From Rebecca billardiae RCC1528 (lineage: Eukaryota > Protista > Haptophyta), in contig OZ251231.1 in the NCBI GenBank assembly GCA_965240325.2, positions 1,178,001 through 1,242,000 of the forward strand: a stretch of DNA of 64,000 nt. The letters are read 5' to 3'. Position numbers and translations under genes: made by a program. Below are positions 11,251 to 21,585 of this stretch, piece after piece. Positions within the stretch are counted from its first letter, which is position 1, and each line of letters opens with the position of its first letter. The notes below the pieces were generated by a model that saw only the letters and a program-made list of their open reading frames with translations, made no database searches and was not told the DNA's origin.

Positions 11251-12750
11251 CGGCCGCCCGGCGAGACCGCCCGCTGCGGTGGTCCGACCGCCGCACGACC
11301 GTCGTGTTTGTCGTGTCGGCGACGACTGGGGTCTGGCGCGGTTGACCTCAGCAGTAGCGCAGTGCCGCCTACCATACCTCTGCTGGTGTGAATTTGCTGA
11401 TGAAATTCGGGCCGGACCAGGGGCCGGACCGAGCGCTGCGCTGCACACCTGACACCACGCCTGATGGAGTGATGGGCGGCTACGAGGGGGGGGGAGGGGG
11501 TGGACGACGGCGAGGAGCGCTGATCCTGGTGTTTGTCCCTGCTGCTCGATCTGCTGCTACAGCTTGCTAACTCTGACGCCTGCCTGTGTTACCGTACCAC
11601 GTCGTAAATATATGTACATGGGGGAGATGATTTGTAATTCCTGAAAAAAATAAGCAGTTCACTATCTTATATCTATCCATCATCATAGTTACTGTCAGTC
11701 TACAGCGGGCTTCTGGGCTTGATGTCGCCGTCGGAGACTCGGAGCGGTGCGGCCGCGCAGGAGCAGTGCGTGCGCCGTTGTCAGAGTCGGATGACACCTG
11801 ACGGCGTGATTCTGCCGTGATGAAAAGCCGATTATTATGATGTGATGAAGTTACCCCGTGCGAAAAGTGACAATGCGTCGTCGAGTGGCGGTGTGGGTGT
11901 GTCGTGGCACAGACGTGCAGTCGGCAGTGGCGGACGACCGGACGCGACAATGGTCATCCGGTCAGTTCCGAGTTCGTCACTCCGAGCACAGTGGCATCAT
12001 GCATGGTGATGGAGGACTCGGCGGTCCGACACGGCCTACGGTGGCCCACTGTGACTGCAGTCTGACACTCAACAGTGCTTGTCCTAGATCGTCATAGCTG
12101 TGGTGCATTCCCCCTTGTGCAGTCGGCGGTCATGCCGTTGAGGCCAGTCCTGGACTACTCTCCCAAGTTTAATAGTACACCAGTGGCAACAGTCGCCTCG
12201 GGCCCGATCAGCTTACAGCGGCCTCGGCTCGGTCCTGCACGACAGTCTAGTCATCAGTCACCGGAGCTAGGAGGCTATACTCTGATTATTTGTCAGCGAG
12301 ATCGCCTGTGTGCAGGCAGAGAAGCTGGTGAGGGCACATGCGGTACCGCACTCCGCAGCGCACTGAGTGGGTACTTCCCGGCTAGCCCGAGCCAACTGCA
12401 CTCCGGGGCCGGCCACGAGTCCCCACCGCCGGAGAAGACCACTCGATCAGCGGACCAAGCCTTGGCGTCAATGACGCCGCCATTCGCCTTTGGTTGCCAC
12501 CCGTTACGAGGACGGTGGGATGGTCTGGTGAGTGGTGTCGCTTGGCGTGGCCAGCTCGAAAGCCTCACAGTCACACCGTCAACGCTCAGCAAGCTACTCG
12601 CCGGGCCTGGCACCATCTGTCTATCTCATCTGGTGTGTTCCAACTGAGGCTCTGGCCAAGTGGCCGTTGTGAGTGCTCATTTGCACCAAGGGAGACGGCT
12701 ATCTCCCGTGTTTGCACGCGGGCCAATGCACACCTACTACATTGTTGTCT

Positions 12751-12900
12751 ACTAAGAATAAGAGACGCACACAGCTCAGGCAGGCGAGATTGACGCCCGC
12801 CAACTGTCACCGGCCATGAAGCCGTCGCCGATGGTAGCGCCGCCGGAAGATTCGTTCAGCCGTCCGCCTGCGAGGCCTGGATGAGGGAGCGCTGCGGCCA
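12751..12900 (+). repeat. Dispersed transposon-terminus repeat, long copy
   Basis: 46-bp core (5'-truncated) plus ~110 bp shared with ~39018-39142. Confidence 0.85.
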
Positions 12901-13013
12901 CTACAAGCAAGTTTGACACACTTTGCCCGTCCCTGCAGCTGCGGCCATCGTGCGGTCTCGACGATTGTTATGAGTTTGCACGGATTCGCGTTTTCAACTT
13001 TTCATTAGCAGTA

Positions 13014-13067
13014 CAGTTTACTAAGAATAAGAGACGCACACAGCTCAGGCAGGCGAGATTGACGCCC
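13014..13067 (+). repeat. Dispersed 46-bp terminus repeat (TA|CAGTTTACTAAGAATAAGAGACGCACACAGCTCAGGCAGGCGAGAT)
   Basis: Matches the copies at 18605 and 56350 (reverse). Confidence 0.92.
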
Positions 13068-13273
13068 TATTTATTCCGCTCCGATTGATTTCCCAAACTT
13101 CGTTGACTACCGTATTATTATATTACTACTTTACTACCCCCCATACTTTTATACTGCTTGATCATGTCATCAGTTTATGTGACCAAACCGAACTGAACCG
13201 CGCGGGGTCGTTCCCGCTGGCTCCGTAACTTCGCGCGTGTGCTCACCTACTCATAAATATGAGGAGGTTCATT

Positions 13274-13311
13274 CAAGGGGCTTACAAAATTTTGTAATTA
13301 TAAGCCCCTTG
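13274..13311. mobile_element. 38-bp micro-element with 11-bp TIR and 7-bp TSD
   Basis: GTTCATT|CAAGGGGCTTA-16 bp-TAAGCCCCTTG|GTTCATT. Confidence 0.7.
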
Positions 13312-13833
13312 GTTCATTGACCTGCCTGACGAACCCGCTTGGTGCATAGTCAACACCCGAGCGGCGGGCGAACCGACCAAAAGTGTACCCGGTCGCGGTA
13401 CGCACCGCTCCCGGCACTTGTATTTTCAATATTTTCACATACAAAAAGTGCGCTTCGGCCATCGGGAAAAGTTCTTGGATTCTTCATCAGTGCGTTGATG
13501 ACAGGTTTGGACCGGTCGGGAGGTGCAGAACTTGCCGATTGAAATCGAGGTAAATGCAACTTGAAATAGGTGCACGCGCCATTTCGCATCGGATGTGAGA
13601 ACATTGCTAACGGTCCGTCCGCTATTCTGCCAGTGGTAATCTCGGGTAGTTGGGTTGATTGCACCGTAGCAAAACAATAGGTGGCCAACCCGTTGGAGTG
13701 GTATCGGAGTAACGAGGGTTCAGGTGCACCTTCACGTCACGCATCTCCCCACGCAGGCCGAGAGAGCTTTGTACCCAGCAGGTCCTCACGGGGCACAAGC
13801 CACCACTTGACGGGCCCATCAAACCGCGGGCTG

Positions 13834-16800
13834 ATGAGTCCGCCGATGCGGCCAGGGAACCTCATCAACTCGCTGTACGACTCGCGGGCATCAAAGGTAT
13901 CGGCGCTGGACGTGCCCGACGTGGCGAAGCTGCTCGTGCTGGCCGCTTTCGCCGCGTATGTGTCGCTCGTCGGTGCCGTGTACATGGCGACGCGCGGGGA
14001 GTGGCAGCGGCTGATGCCGTCCGAGCGGATGGCAGCAGCTGCCAGCTCGGGCATGCTCCTCTCGAGCGTGGTGATACGGACAGTGGAGATTCTGGCGAAT
14101 CCCAAGTCCCACCGCACCGGCGCGAGCCACGTGGTGTGCGCGGTCAAGGGCATCGCCGGTGCGACCAACCTGATGTTCGCGCTGCTGCCGACGCCGCTTG
14201 TCATCGACGGGGTGACGCACTGCCGCGTGCACCTGCTGCGCTGGTGCGAGTGGACGGTGCTCGCGTTTGTCATGTCGTTCGTCGTGGAGGCGGTCGACTC
14301 GCAGTCCGTCCGGCAGCCGCTCATCTTTGCGATGACCATGGGCGTGAGCACGGCGTGCGGGATTCTCTTCCCGTTCCTCGGGACAGCGATGTGGACGCTG
14401 GCGATGGCCTTCTCGTTCGCGACGTACTTCTACGTGTTCGTGCGCGCCCGCGCCAAGTACAGAGCCCTGCCCGCGCCCCCCGACGGCTGGCCGCACGGCG
14501 GCACGCCGCGCGAGCGCGAGGCGTACCGCCGCTCGCGCACGGCGTGGCGGCTGATGGGCACGTGCGCCGTGATGTGGACGGTGTTCGTGCTGAACTACTT
14601 CATGGCGTGGATGGTGCAGCTGCGCGCGACGCGGCTGGGGCACGGCTACTCGCACTGGCCCTTCGTCGCCGACGCGTTCATCGACGTCTGCACCAAGCTC
14701 GCGTACGCGCTCGTGCTCGCCGAGGCGCAGGAGAGCGTGCCGACCATGTTCAACCTCGACTTCGCCGACTGGTTCCTCGCGCACATGAACATCGTGTGGA
14801 ACAACGTGTCCGACGTGATCGTGATCTCGTCGCGCGTCCCCGAGCCCTCGCGCAGCACCATCGAGACGATCGCGTGCTCGAGCCTCGGCGAGATGTTCGG
14901 CGGCGACGTGTGCGAGCTGTACGGCAGCGGGCACACGCACCGGCTGGTCGACGGCAGCCCGGAGGACCACGGCATCGGGCGCGACGTCGCGTTCGAGCGT
15001 ATCGTGTCGTGCGCGTGGCGCGCGTCGGTGGCCGGCGCGATGGTGCGGCACCTCGAGCCGCGCGGCGGCGAAGGCGGCAAGGAGTCGCCGCAGGCCACCG
15101 TGCAGGTCTGGCACGTGCCGCAGCCGGGCGGCGGCAAGCTGAGCTGCGAGGTGCACGCGTCCGCGCTCTCCGACGGCATGGCGGTCGTGATGGTGATGCG
15201 CGACATCAGCGACCGCGTCGCGCGGCACCTGGCGGAGAAGGCGCTGCTCGCCGAGACCGCGGAGAAGCGCATCATCGCGCAGAAGATCGGCCGCGAGAAG
15301 GACGAGGAGGCCAACCGCTTCACGCGGCACGAAGTGAAGAACGGCCTGCTCTCCGCACTCGGCGTGTGCAACACGCTCAAGGAGCTGCACGAGCACGGCG
15401 GCAAGATGGGCACGCTCGCGTCGGCGGAGTACGAGCGCACGTTCAACGGCCGGGTCGCCGCGCTCAGCGACACGCTGCAGCGCACGCTCGACACGGCGGT
15501 CGCGCACGCGATGGCGCGCGACGTGATGAACGGCGTGTACACGCCGCGGCCGGAGCCGACCGAGCTGCAGGAGCTGCTCATGCGCGGCGAGGGCGGCGAG
15601 GAGCGCTTCGCGTACGCCTTCTCGCCCAGCCCGTTCCCGCGGCTGGACCTCGACCCGCGGCTCGTCTTCCACGTGCACCGCAACGCCGTCTCGAACGCGG
15701 TCAAGTACGGCCTGCGCGGCGGCCGCGTCGCGACGCAGCTCGAGCACCAGAACGAGTGGATCACGATGCGCGTCATCAACGAGCCCGGCGCCAACCACGA
15801 CCGGCTGCTCGCGCTCAAGACGCCCGAGGTCGTGTTCGAGAAGGGCCGGCGGCTGACGACGCACGACCACCAGGGCGGCGCGAGCGCGCACGAGGGGCGC
15901 GTCTCCGCGGGCGACGGCGGCTGGATCATGGCCAAGTGCGCCGAGGCGCTCGGCGGCGAGTGCTCGATCCGCTTCGAGCCGCAGTGCACGGTGTTCACGC
16001 TGCGCTGCCCCGCGCCGCTGCACGTGTCCGACGAGGACGTGCTCCAGTTCCGCATGCCGGCGCACGCGCGCGCGATCGCCGTGGACGACTCGCCCGTGCA
16101 GCAGTGGACGCTCGTCTCGATGCTCGGCATCCTCGGCTTCCCGCCCGAGCGGATGCGCGTCGTCGGCGCGCAGGACGAGGAGATGGAGCAGTTCGCGGCG
16201 CTGTGCGCCGCCGAGGTCCAGGCGCACCCAGACGCGCTGTTCCTCATCATCGCGGACGACAACCTCGAGCTCTCGGACGGCGTGCACACCGTGTCGGGCA
16301 GCGCGCAGCTGCGCCGGCTGCGCGAGCGGCTGCGCGCGCCGGACGAGGCGCGGATCCTCACGATCACGCGCTCGGCCAACGACTCGGACGCGGACATCGC
16401 GCTCTACCTCAAGTGCGCGCACGCGTTCATCTCCAAGGACCCTCTCGTGCCCGAGAGCGTGCTGCGCGCCGTCGTGCCGCGCTGGGTGCACCGCTTTGGC
16501 GTGCAGTCGCGCGCGGCGCCCACGCCGTCGGGCGTGCCCAACGCGCAGCAGCTCGAGGAGCAGCTCATCAGCGAGATCCGGCTGCTGATCGATCGGATCG
16601 GCGGCGTGCCGGCGCACGAGTGGGGCCGCGTGCGTCCGCTGCTTCACCAGCTGAAGGGAAACGTGCGCTCGATGCCGGGCATGAGTGCGCCCGCGCGGCG
16701 CAAGATGGTGGCTGAGATCGAGGAGCTGCAGCACGCGACCGCGCGCCCGCCCAAGTTCGAGCAGGAGTGGGTCCTGCTGCGCGCCGAGCTGCACGCGCTC

Positions 16801-17644
16801 ATCGAGCGGCCGACGCTGCTGTACACGCACCGCACGGCGGGCACGCCGCCGTGCGCGCGGCGGCACGCGCTCGGCGCCGAGCAGGCCGCGCGCGCGGCGC
16901 CGAGCGGGCTGCGCTCGGCGAGCCCGGCGCCCGGCGCGCTGCCCGCACTGCTCGCGTCGCGCGTGCCCTCCGCCGGCCCGCCCGCGGCGGCGGAGGAGGA
17001 GCTCGAGAGCGTGGTCGAGTCGCTGGCCGAGGTGACGCTCTCGTCCCTCGCCAACAAGCCGATGCACAACGTGATCAAGATGCGCGCTGTCTTCTCGGGT
17101 ACGCCGCCTCCGCCACCGCCGCCGCCGCGCGCCGCCCGAGCGCGCGCCGCGGCCACCGCTGGCCCCCGCGCGCCCGCGCGCCGCCTGCCGCCGCTCACCG
17201 CACGTCCCGCGCGCGCCGTCCGCCGCGCCGCGCCGTGCAGACAACGCGCTCGTCATCTCCAAGGCGGTGCACGCGTTCCTGAGCTCGCACCGCACCACGC
17301 CCGAGACGCTGCACGAGAGACTGGCCGAGAACAACCTGGTCAAGCTGCACCGGCTCGCGCACCAGTGCAAGGGCTCCGCGGGGTACCTCGGCGCGGAGCG
17401 CGTGCACTCGCTCGCGCAGGAGCTGCAGGAGTGCCTCGAGAAGATGATTGACGACGACGGCTCCGACGGCGCGCAGCAGCGGATCCCGCCCGTCCTGCTG
17501 CGAGCGCAGGTGCGCGTGCTCAGCGACGAGGTCAAGGTCTTCGTCGCCGAGCTCGACCGGCTGGGCATCGCCGAGGAGGCGGTCGCTCGGCGCATGTGCG
17601 GCTCGGGCAGCAGCCATGATGACGCTGCGCCTGCGGCCGAATGA
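13834..17644 (+). CDS. Histidine-kinase rhodopsin: 8-TM microbial rhodopsin + PAS-like + HisKA + HATPase + receiver + two Hpt domains; exons 13834-17098 and 17241-17644
   Basis: Helix C LLRWCEW; helix G FIDVCTK (Lys at 14695-14697); H-box FTRHEVKNGL; N-box RNAVSNAVKYG; G boxes NEPG and AGDGG; receiver AVDDS...IIADDN...RSAN...ISKDP; Hpt motifs LHQLKG and LAHQCKGSAGYLGA. A GT-AG intron at 17099-17240 joins ORF 13681 to ORF 17267 in frame. Confidence 0.9.
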
Positions 17645-18298
17645 CGCTGTCCTCAGACCTCACTGGGTCTGTCTGAGCCGTTCGCGCCGCATTCGCCGTC
17701 CGAGCTCACAGTGGCAGCTGTCCGCGTTAATTAACCGGGCGGTAGCTTATCGACTATCACTACTCTTCTAGGCACTCACTGACAGAGTCTACATTAATAA
17801 TTAAGACAGCCGACTGTCAGCACTGCTCCGTATCTAATTATATAGCAGCAGCTTGTTTGCTTTTAAAGTAATCAGTTCCGCGAATTATTATTATTTTAAA
17901 AAACTATATTCTCTGTCGGTACTAGCAGCTACATCTAGCTACTCTGCTAACTCAGAATGAGAATCGACTCTGGCACTGTTAATGACAGCTTCGGTCTCCG
18001 GGACCGGGACGGACGCCGCAATACTACAGCGAGAGTACTATATACCCGATGACATACTACATAGTAGTAGCTTAGTCGTACGAAGATGAATAGTTATGAT
18101 TATTGATTGTGACTCGAGACTCAGTCTAAGCAGCAGTGCCGAGGTGCGACCCTTATTCATATTCAGTTTCGTCAAGCTAAAAGCTCCGACGGGCCGGGGC
18201 CGCGTTGCGCCTTGCGGCCTTGCGGGAGAAGCAAGAGAGGTTGCCACCACCCGTCCCAGAAAGCCCGTGTCGCCGTGAGCCCGTCGTCGGCTCAGCGG

Positions 18299-18328
18299 GC
18301 TCATGACCGTCCATGGACGGTCATGAGC
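18299..18328. repeat. Perfect 30-bp palindrome
   Basis: GCTCATGACCGTCCATGGACGGTCATGAGC is its own reverse complement. Confidence 0.9.
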
Positions 18329-18604
18329 TCAGTGACTATGAAATGGGCTGGTAACGAATAGCTGCGGGTATTTTTCAATACCAGGGGAGCCTTGATGTAG
18401 GGGGCTGGGACTCGTCAAGACACTAGGTGTCTCGGTCAGTGGTTTGAGGTTGGGTGAGGGTGGTGGTTGGTTGGGGGCTGGCCAGGGTAGGGCTGGAGGC
18501 TTCGGCCGCCAGCCTGATCACCCTGACCCGGAGCCCGTTATAAAGGGGACGGCATATGGGTCGATTTTTAATGTTTTTGGCTTCGGCGCACGGGAGGGCT
18601 GGTA

Positions 18605-18650
18605 CAGTTTACTAAGAATAAGAGACGCACACAGCTCAGGCAGGCGAGAT
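18605..18650 (+). repeat. Dispersed 46-bp terminus repeat
   Basis: Exact copy, preceded by TA and ending GAGATA. Confidence 0.92.
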
Positions 18651-20041
18651 ACAGTAGCGGGCGCCCATGGCGCCCGTCCGCCCCAGTGGCGCTCCACTGT
18701 GTCCAACGCGAGCTCCTGCGCTGCCCTACGCGGGTGCCGTTGGTCGCGCGCTGGTCGAGCGACCTTGGGCGCATGACTGCTCCTCGTGGCGCGCGTCTTG
18801 ACCGTCGACTGAGCGCGCACTCCTGCCCACGAGCACGCCGCACCGACCTCGTCGCATCATTCGAACCAGTGGGCCGCGCAAACATGCGCGTGGGTAGGCA
18901 TGAGTGAGGTGAGCGCGCTCAAACGCTCGCTTGCCTGGAGGGGAGCTCCGTATCGATGAGTCTCGCACGCGTTTGCCTCGCGTCGAGCCCATCTGGGAGC
19001 AGTCACCACACGCGCAGACACGCGTTGCGAAAGGATGATCAGCCGGCCACGCGTGCAGAGCAAAGCAGATGACTGCCCGTGCGTCAAACCGCATCAGACT
19101 GGTATCCGCCGCTGCGTAGCATGCGAGCCGTACCCAGGCGCGACTGCACAGCCAGCAGACGCCGCGCCCAACGCCTTCAAACAGCGCACGCACCGCCTGT
19201 TGTCATCCTCGTGGATTGCTCGGAGCCGACGATCGCAGCACGCGGATAGCAAACAAGCTCTGGCCGACGTTTGAAGCCCGTAACGATGCCGAGCTGCGCT
19301 GTGCGTGTGTAGTATGGGTCGATCGCGTGCGCGCCACAGCCACGGCACGCACCCCAACTCCACTGTGGGCCCATGATGCGTGCGTACCAACCAGCAGTCA
19401 AAAACACACCGCCGAGCACCGTCGACGTGTCAACCGTGCACACACTCAAGGCGAGTGCGAGCACAGCCGGGTGCAGGTGGCTGGCCGTGGCAGCTGGGGA
19501 GAGCGCTGCGTCATGCTAGCCGCCGCTCGCCTCGATGGCCTCGCAGAGGAGCAGCAGCTTAAAATTTTCAAGCTCACCTGCGCGGAGAGCACGTGATGCG
19601 TGTAGCGCGCGCAGGAAGGGCGTCATGCGGTTAGGTCTTCCAGTTCCTGTCACAACATCATCTGAACCATCTCAAACTGCCAAACCTAACCGCATGACGC
19701 TTTTTCTCGTCCCGCAACGTGGCGCGCAAGCATGCGCAAGAATGCAACATCCAAATGCAATCGCTGCGTGTGCGCGAGGCAGACGCGGAGAGGGGCGTGG
19801 CGGCGCGCGAGATGGCGCACCTGGGTGTCCTCGTCACCGCCGACTAGCGCGAGGGGCCGCGCGCCCTTCGCCCGCGTCGCACGACCCCGGCAGGCGCGAG
19901 CCCCCGCAAACGCAACTTTCGCGCGCTTTCACGATGGCCGCTCGTTGACGAGATCGGCGCTCCGTGCGCCGAAGCCAAATAAAAAATCGACTAAAAAGGG
20001 TCGGGCGGCAGTAGAGCCCGACAGGACGACGGTCGTGGACG

Positions 20042-20599
20042 ATGGGCGTCTTCGGCTCGTTCTGCCAGATCTGTGGCATGCCCCTGCAGCACAACTGCTA
20101 CGTCCGTGACCCCAACGATGCGCGGCTCGCCCGCATCTATCGGGGTCCCGAGTCTCAGGGCATGGACCCTCCGCCCTTCCTCGATCCCGTGGCCCACGCC
20201 TGGCTCCTTCACGTGGTCGCGCTGCGCACAAGTCCCTCTGAGGAGCCTCAGGTGTACACAACCCGCGCGGGTGTGCAGGACGGAGACCTGACGCTCGAGG
20301 ATGGTCAGACTGTGGATGTGGAGCTCGGGGACGGAGATCGCTTCGGCCTGCATGACTGCTGCTGGCGCCTCGCAGGGTGCGTGGAGCGAGATGTGCTGGT
20401 GCACATTGCTAATGGTGAGGCGTGGAAGGACATTCAGGCCAAGTTCCACGCGCAGCTTTTTGACTTTGAGCGCCTCGTCGAGGAGGGTTGCGCGTGGATG
20501 CTCGCCTGCCCAGACGCGCAGACCGGGGATGGCAGGCGAAATCGGGTGCGCATAGAGACCATCTTGGCTGCTTCATCGCCGGCTGCGCGCAGCTTGTGA
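20042..20599 (+). CDS. Hypothetical protein with N-terminal CxxC and internal HxxC (possible Zn binding), intronless
   Basis: MGVFGSFCQICGMPLQH...LHDCCW; protein-like composition unlike the overlapping shadow ORFs. Confidence 0.7.
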   Translation: MGVFGSFCQICGMPLQHNCYVRDPNDARLARIYRGPESQGMDPPPFLDPVAHAWLLHVVALRTSPSEEPQVYTTRAGVQDGDLTLEDGQTVDVELGDGDRFGLHDCCWRLAGCVERDVLVHIANGEAWKDIQAKFHAQLFDFERLVEEGCAWMLACPDAQTGDGRRNRVRIETILAASSPAARSL

Positions 20600-21000
20600 G
20601 ACTGCTGCCACTCTGCCACTGGCGGCTGGAGACGCCCGCCGGGACAGGCATGCGGGCACGCGCGCGTCAGCGTCAACGGTGCAGACTACGGTGTCAGTGA
20701 CTAGCTTAGCTTGAGGACCGTTCAGGGTTCATTCAGGGTCGTTGTTCCGTCATCAAGCCTCATCATCAATAACGACGACATATTATGATGACGACTGTTG
20801 CAACGCGCTTCGGATACTGCTAGTTGATTAAAATCATAAATAATAAGATAATGATGTGATACTCTATTACTCGGATAGTCGGAGTGGACCCGCCGGTCCC
20901 GGACCCGGCCCCGGGCCGGACCGGCGCCGTGCGCGGGCACTGCATCACTGCTTGTGCTTAAGTCCGCCGGCAGCTTGACCTGCGACTGCGTCGCGTACGG

Positions 21001-21048
21001 TATAGAGAGAGAGAGAGAGCTAGAGAGCTATAGTAGATAGATAGACTG

Positions 21049-21079
<31 letters not shown>

Positions 21080-21087
21080 GATAGATA
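21001..21087. repeat. Compound (GA)n/(TA)n/(GATA)n microsatellite
   Basis: Direct observation. Confidence 0.9.
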
Positions 21088-21585
21088 GCGGCGGTGCGCT
21101 CGACCCGGTGACGACCCGGAGGCCGGACGTTATACCGGCGGAGTCCGCGCCGACGGTCGAGTCCGCGCGGACCACTGGACCGCGGCGCCGCAGACGCGGG
21201 ACGCATGCGCCCGCTGCCGGGCGCTGGCCGCTGATTATTATTATCGGGACCTGCCACCAGTATAATTTTATTATATATATATATTATCGTTGTATTTAAA
21301 TTAATAAATATTATTATAAGTAGCATCAGCAGCCATCTCCGTACTCGGCCCTAAGTTATTAGTATAAACTAAGTACTAATTAGTACGTATAACTACGACG
21401 CGTACGCCGATCGACATTTGACTGTCAAATTCGTCAGTATATATGAATTATCAGCATGATGTTTCGGGCGGCGCCGCGCTGTCTCGCTCGGCCACCCGAG
21501 CGTCGATATCGTCAAGATAGCACTTAGCAGCCCGCTAGCAATCGCCGTCGTCGTCTGCACGTCGATCGTCGGCGTAGTGGCTGCA

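Noticed and set aside
9740-11452. 570-aa plus-strand ORF
   Set aside because: Ser/Ala/Arg-rich antisense shadow of the bestrophin
13014-13059. 46-bp repeat as Nextera/Tn5 adapter or spliced leader
   Set aside because: Shares only ATAAGAGAC with the mosaic end, has diverged and extended genomic copies, and shows no consistent position relative to start codons
13891-17595. 1234-aa minus-strand ORF and 904-aa alternative-frame ORF
   Set aside because: Shadow frames of the rhodopsin-kinase gene; Arg/Ala-rich with no motifs
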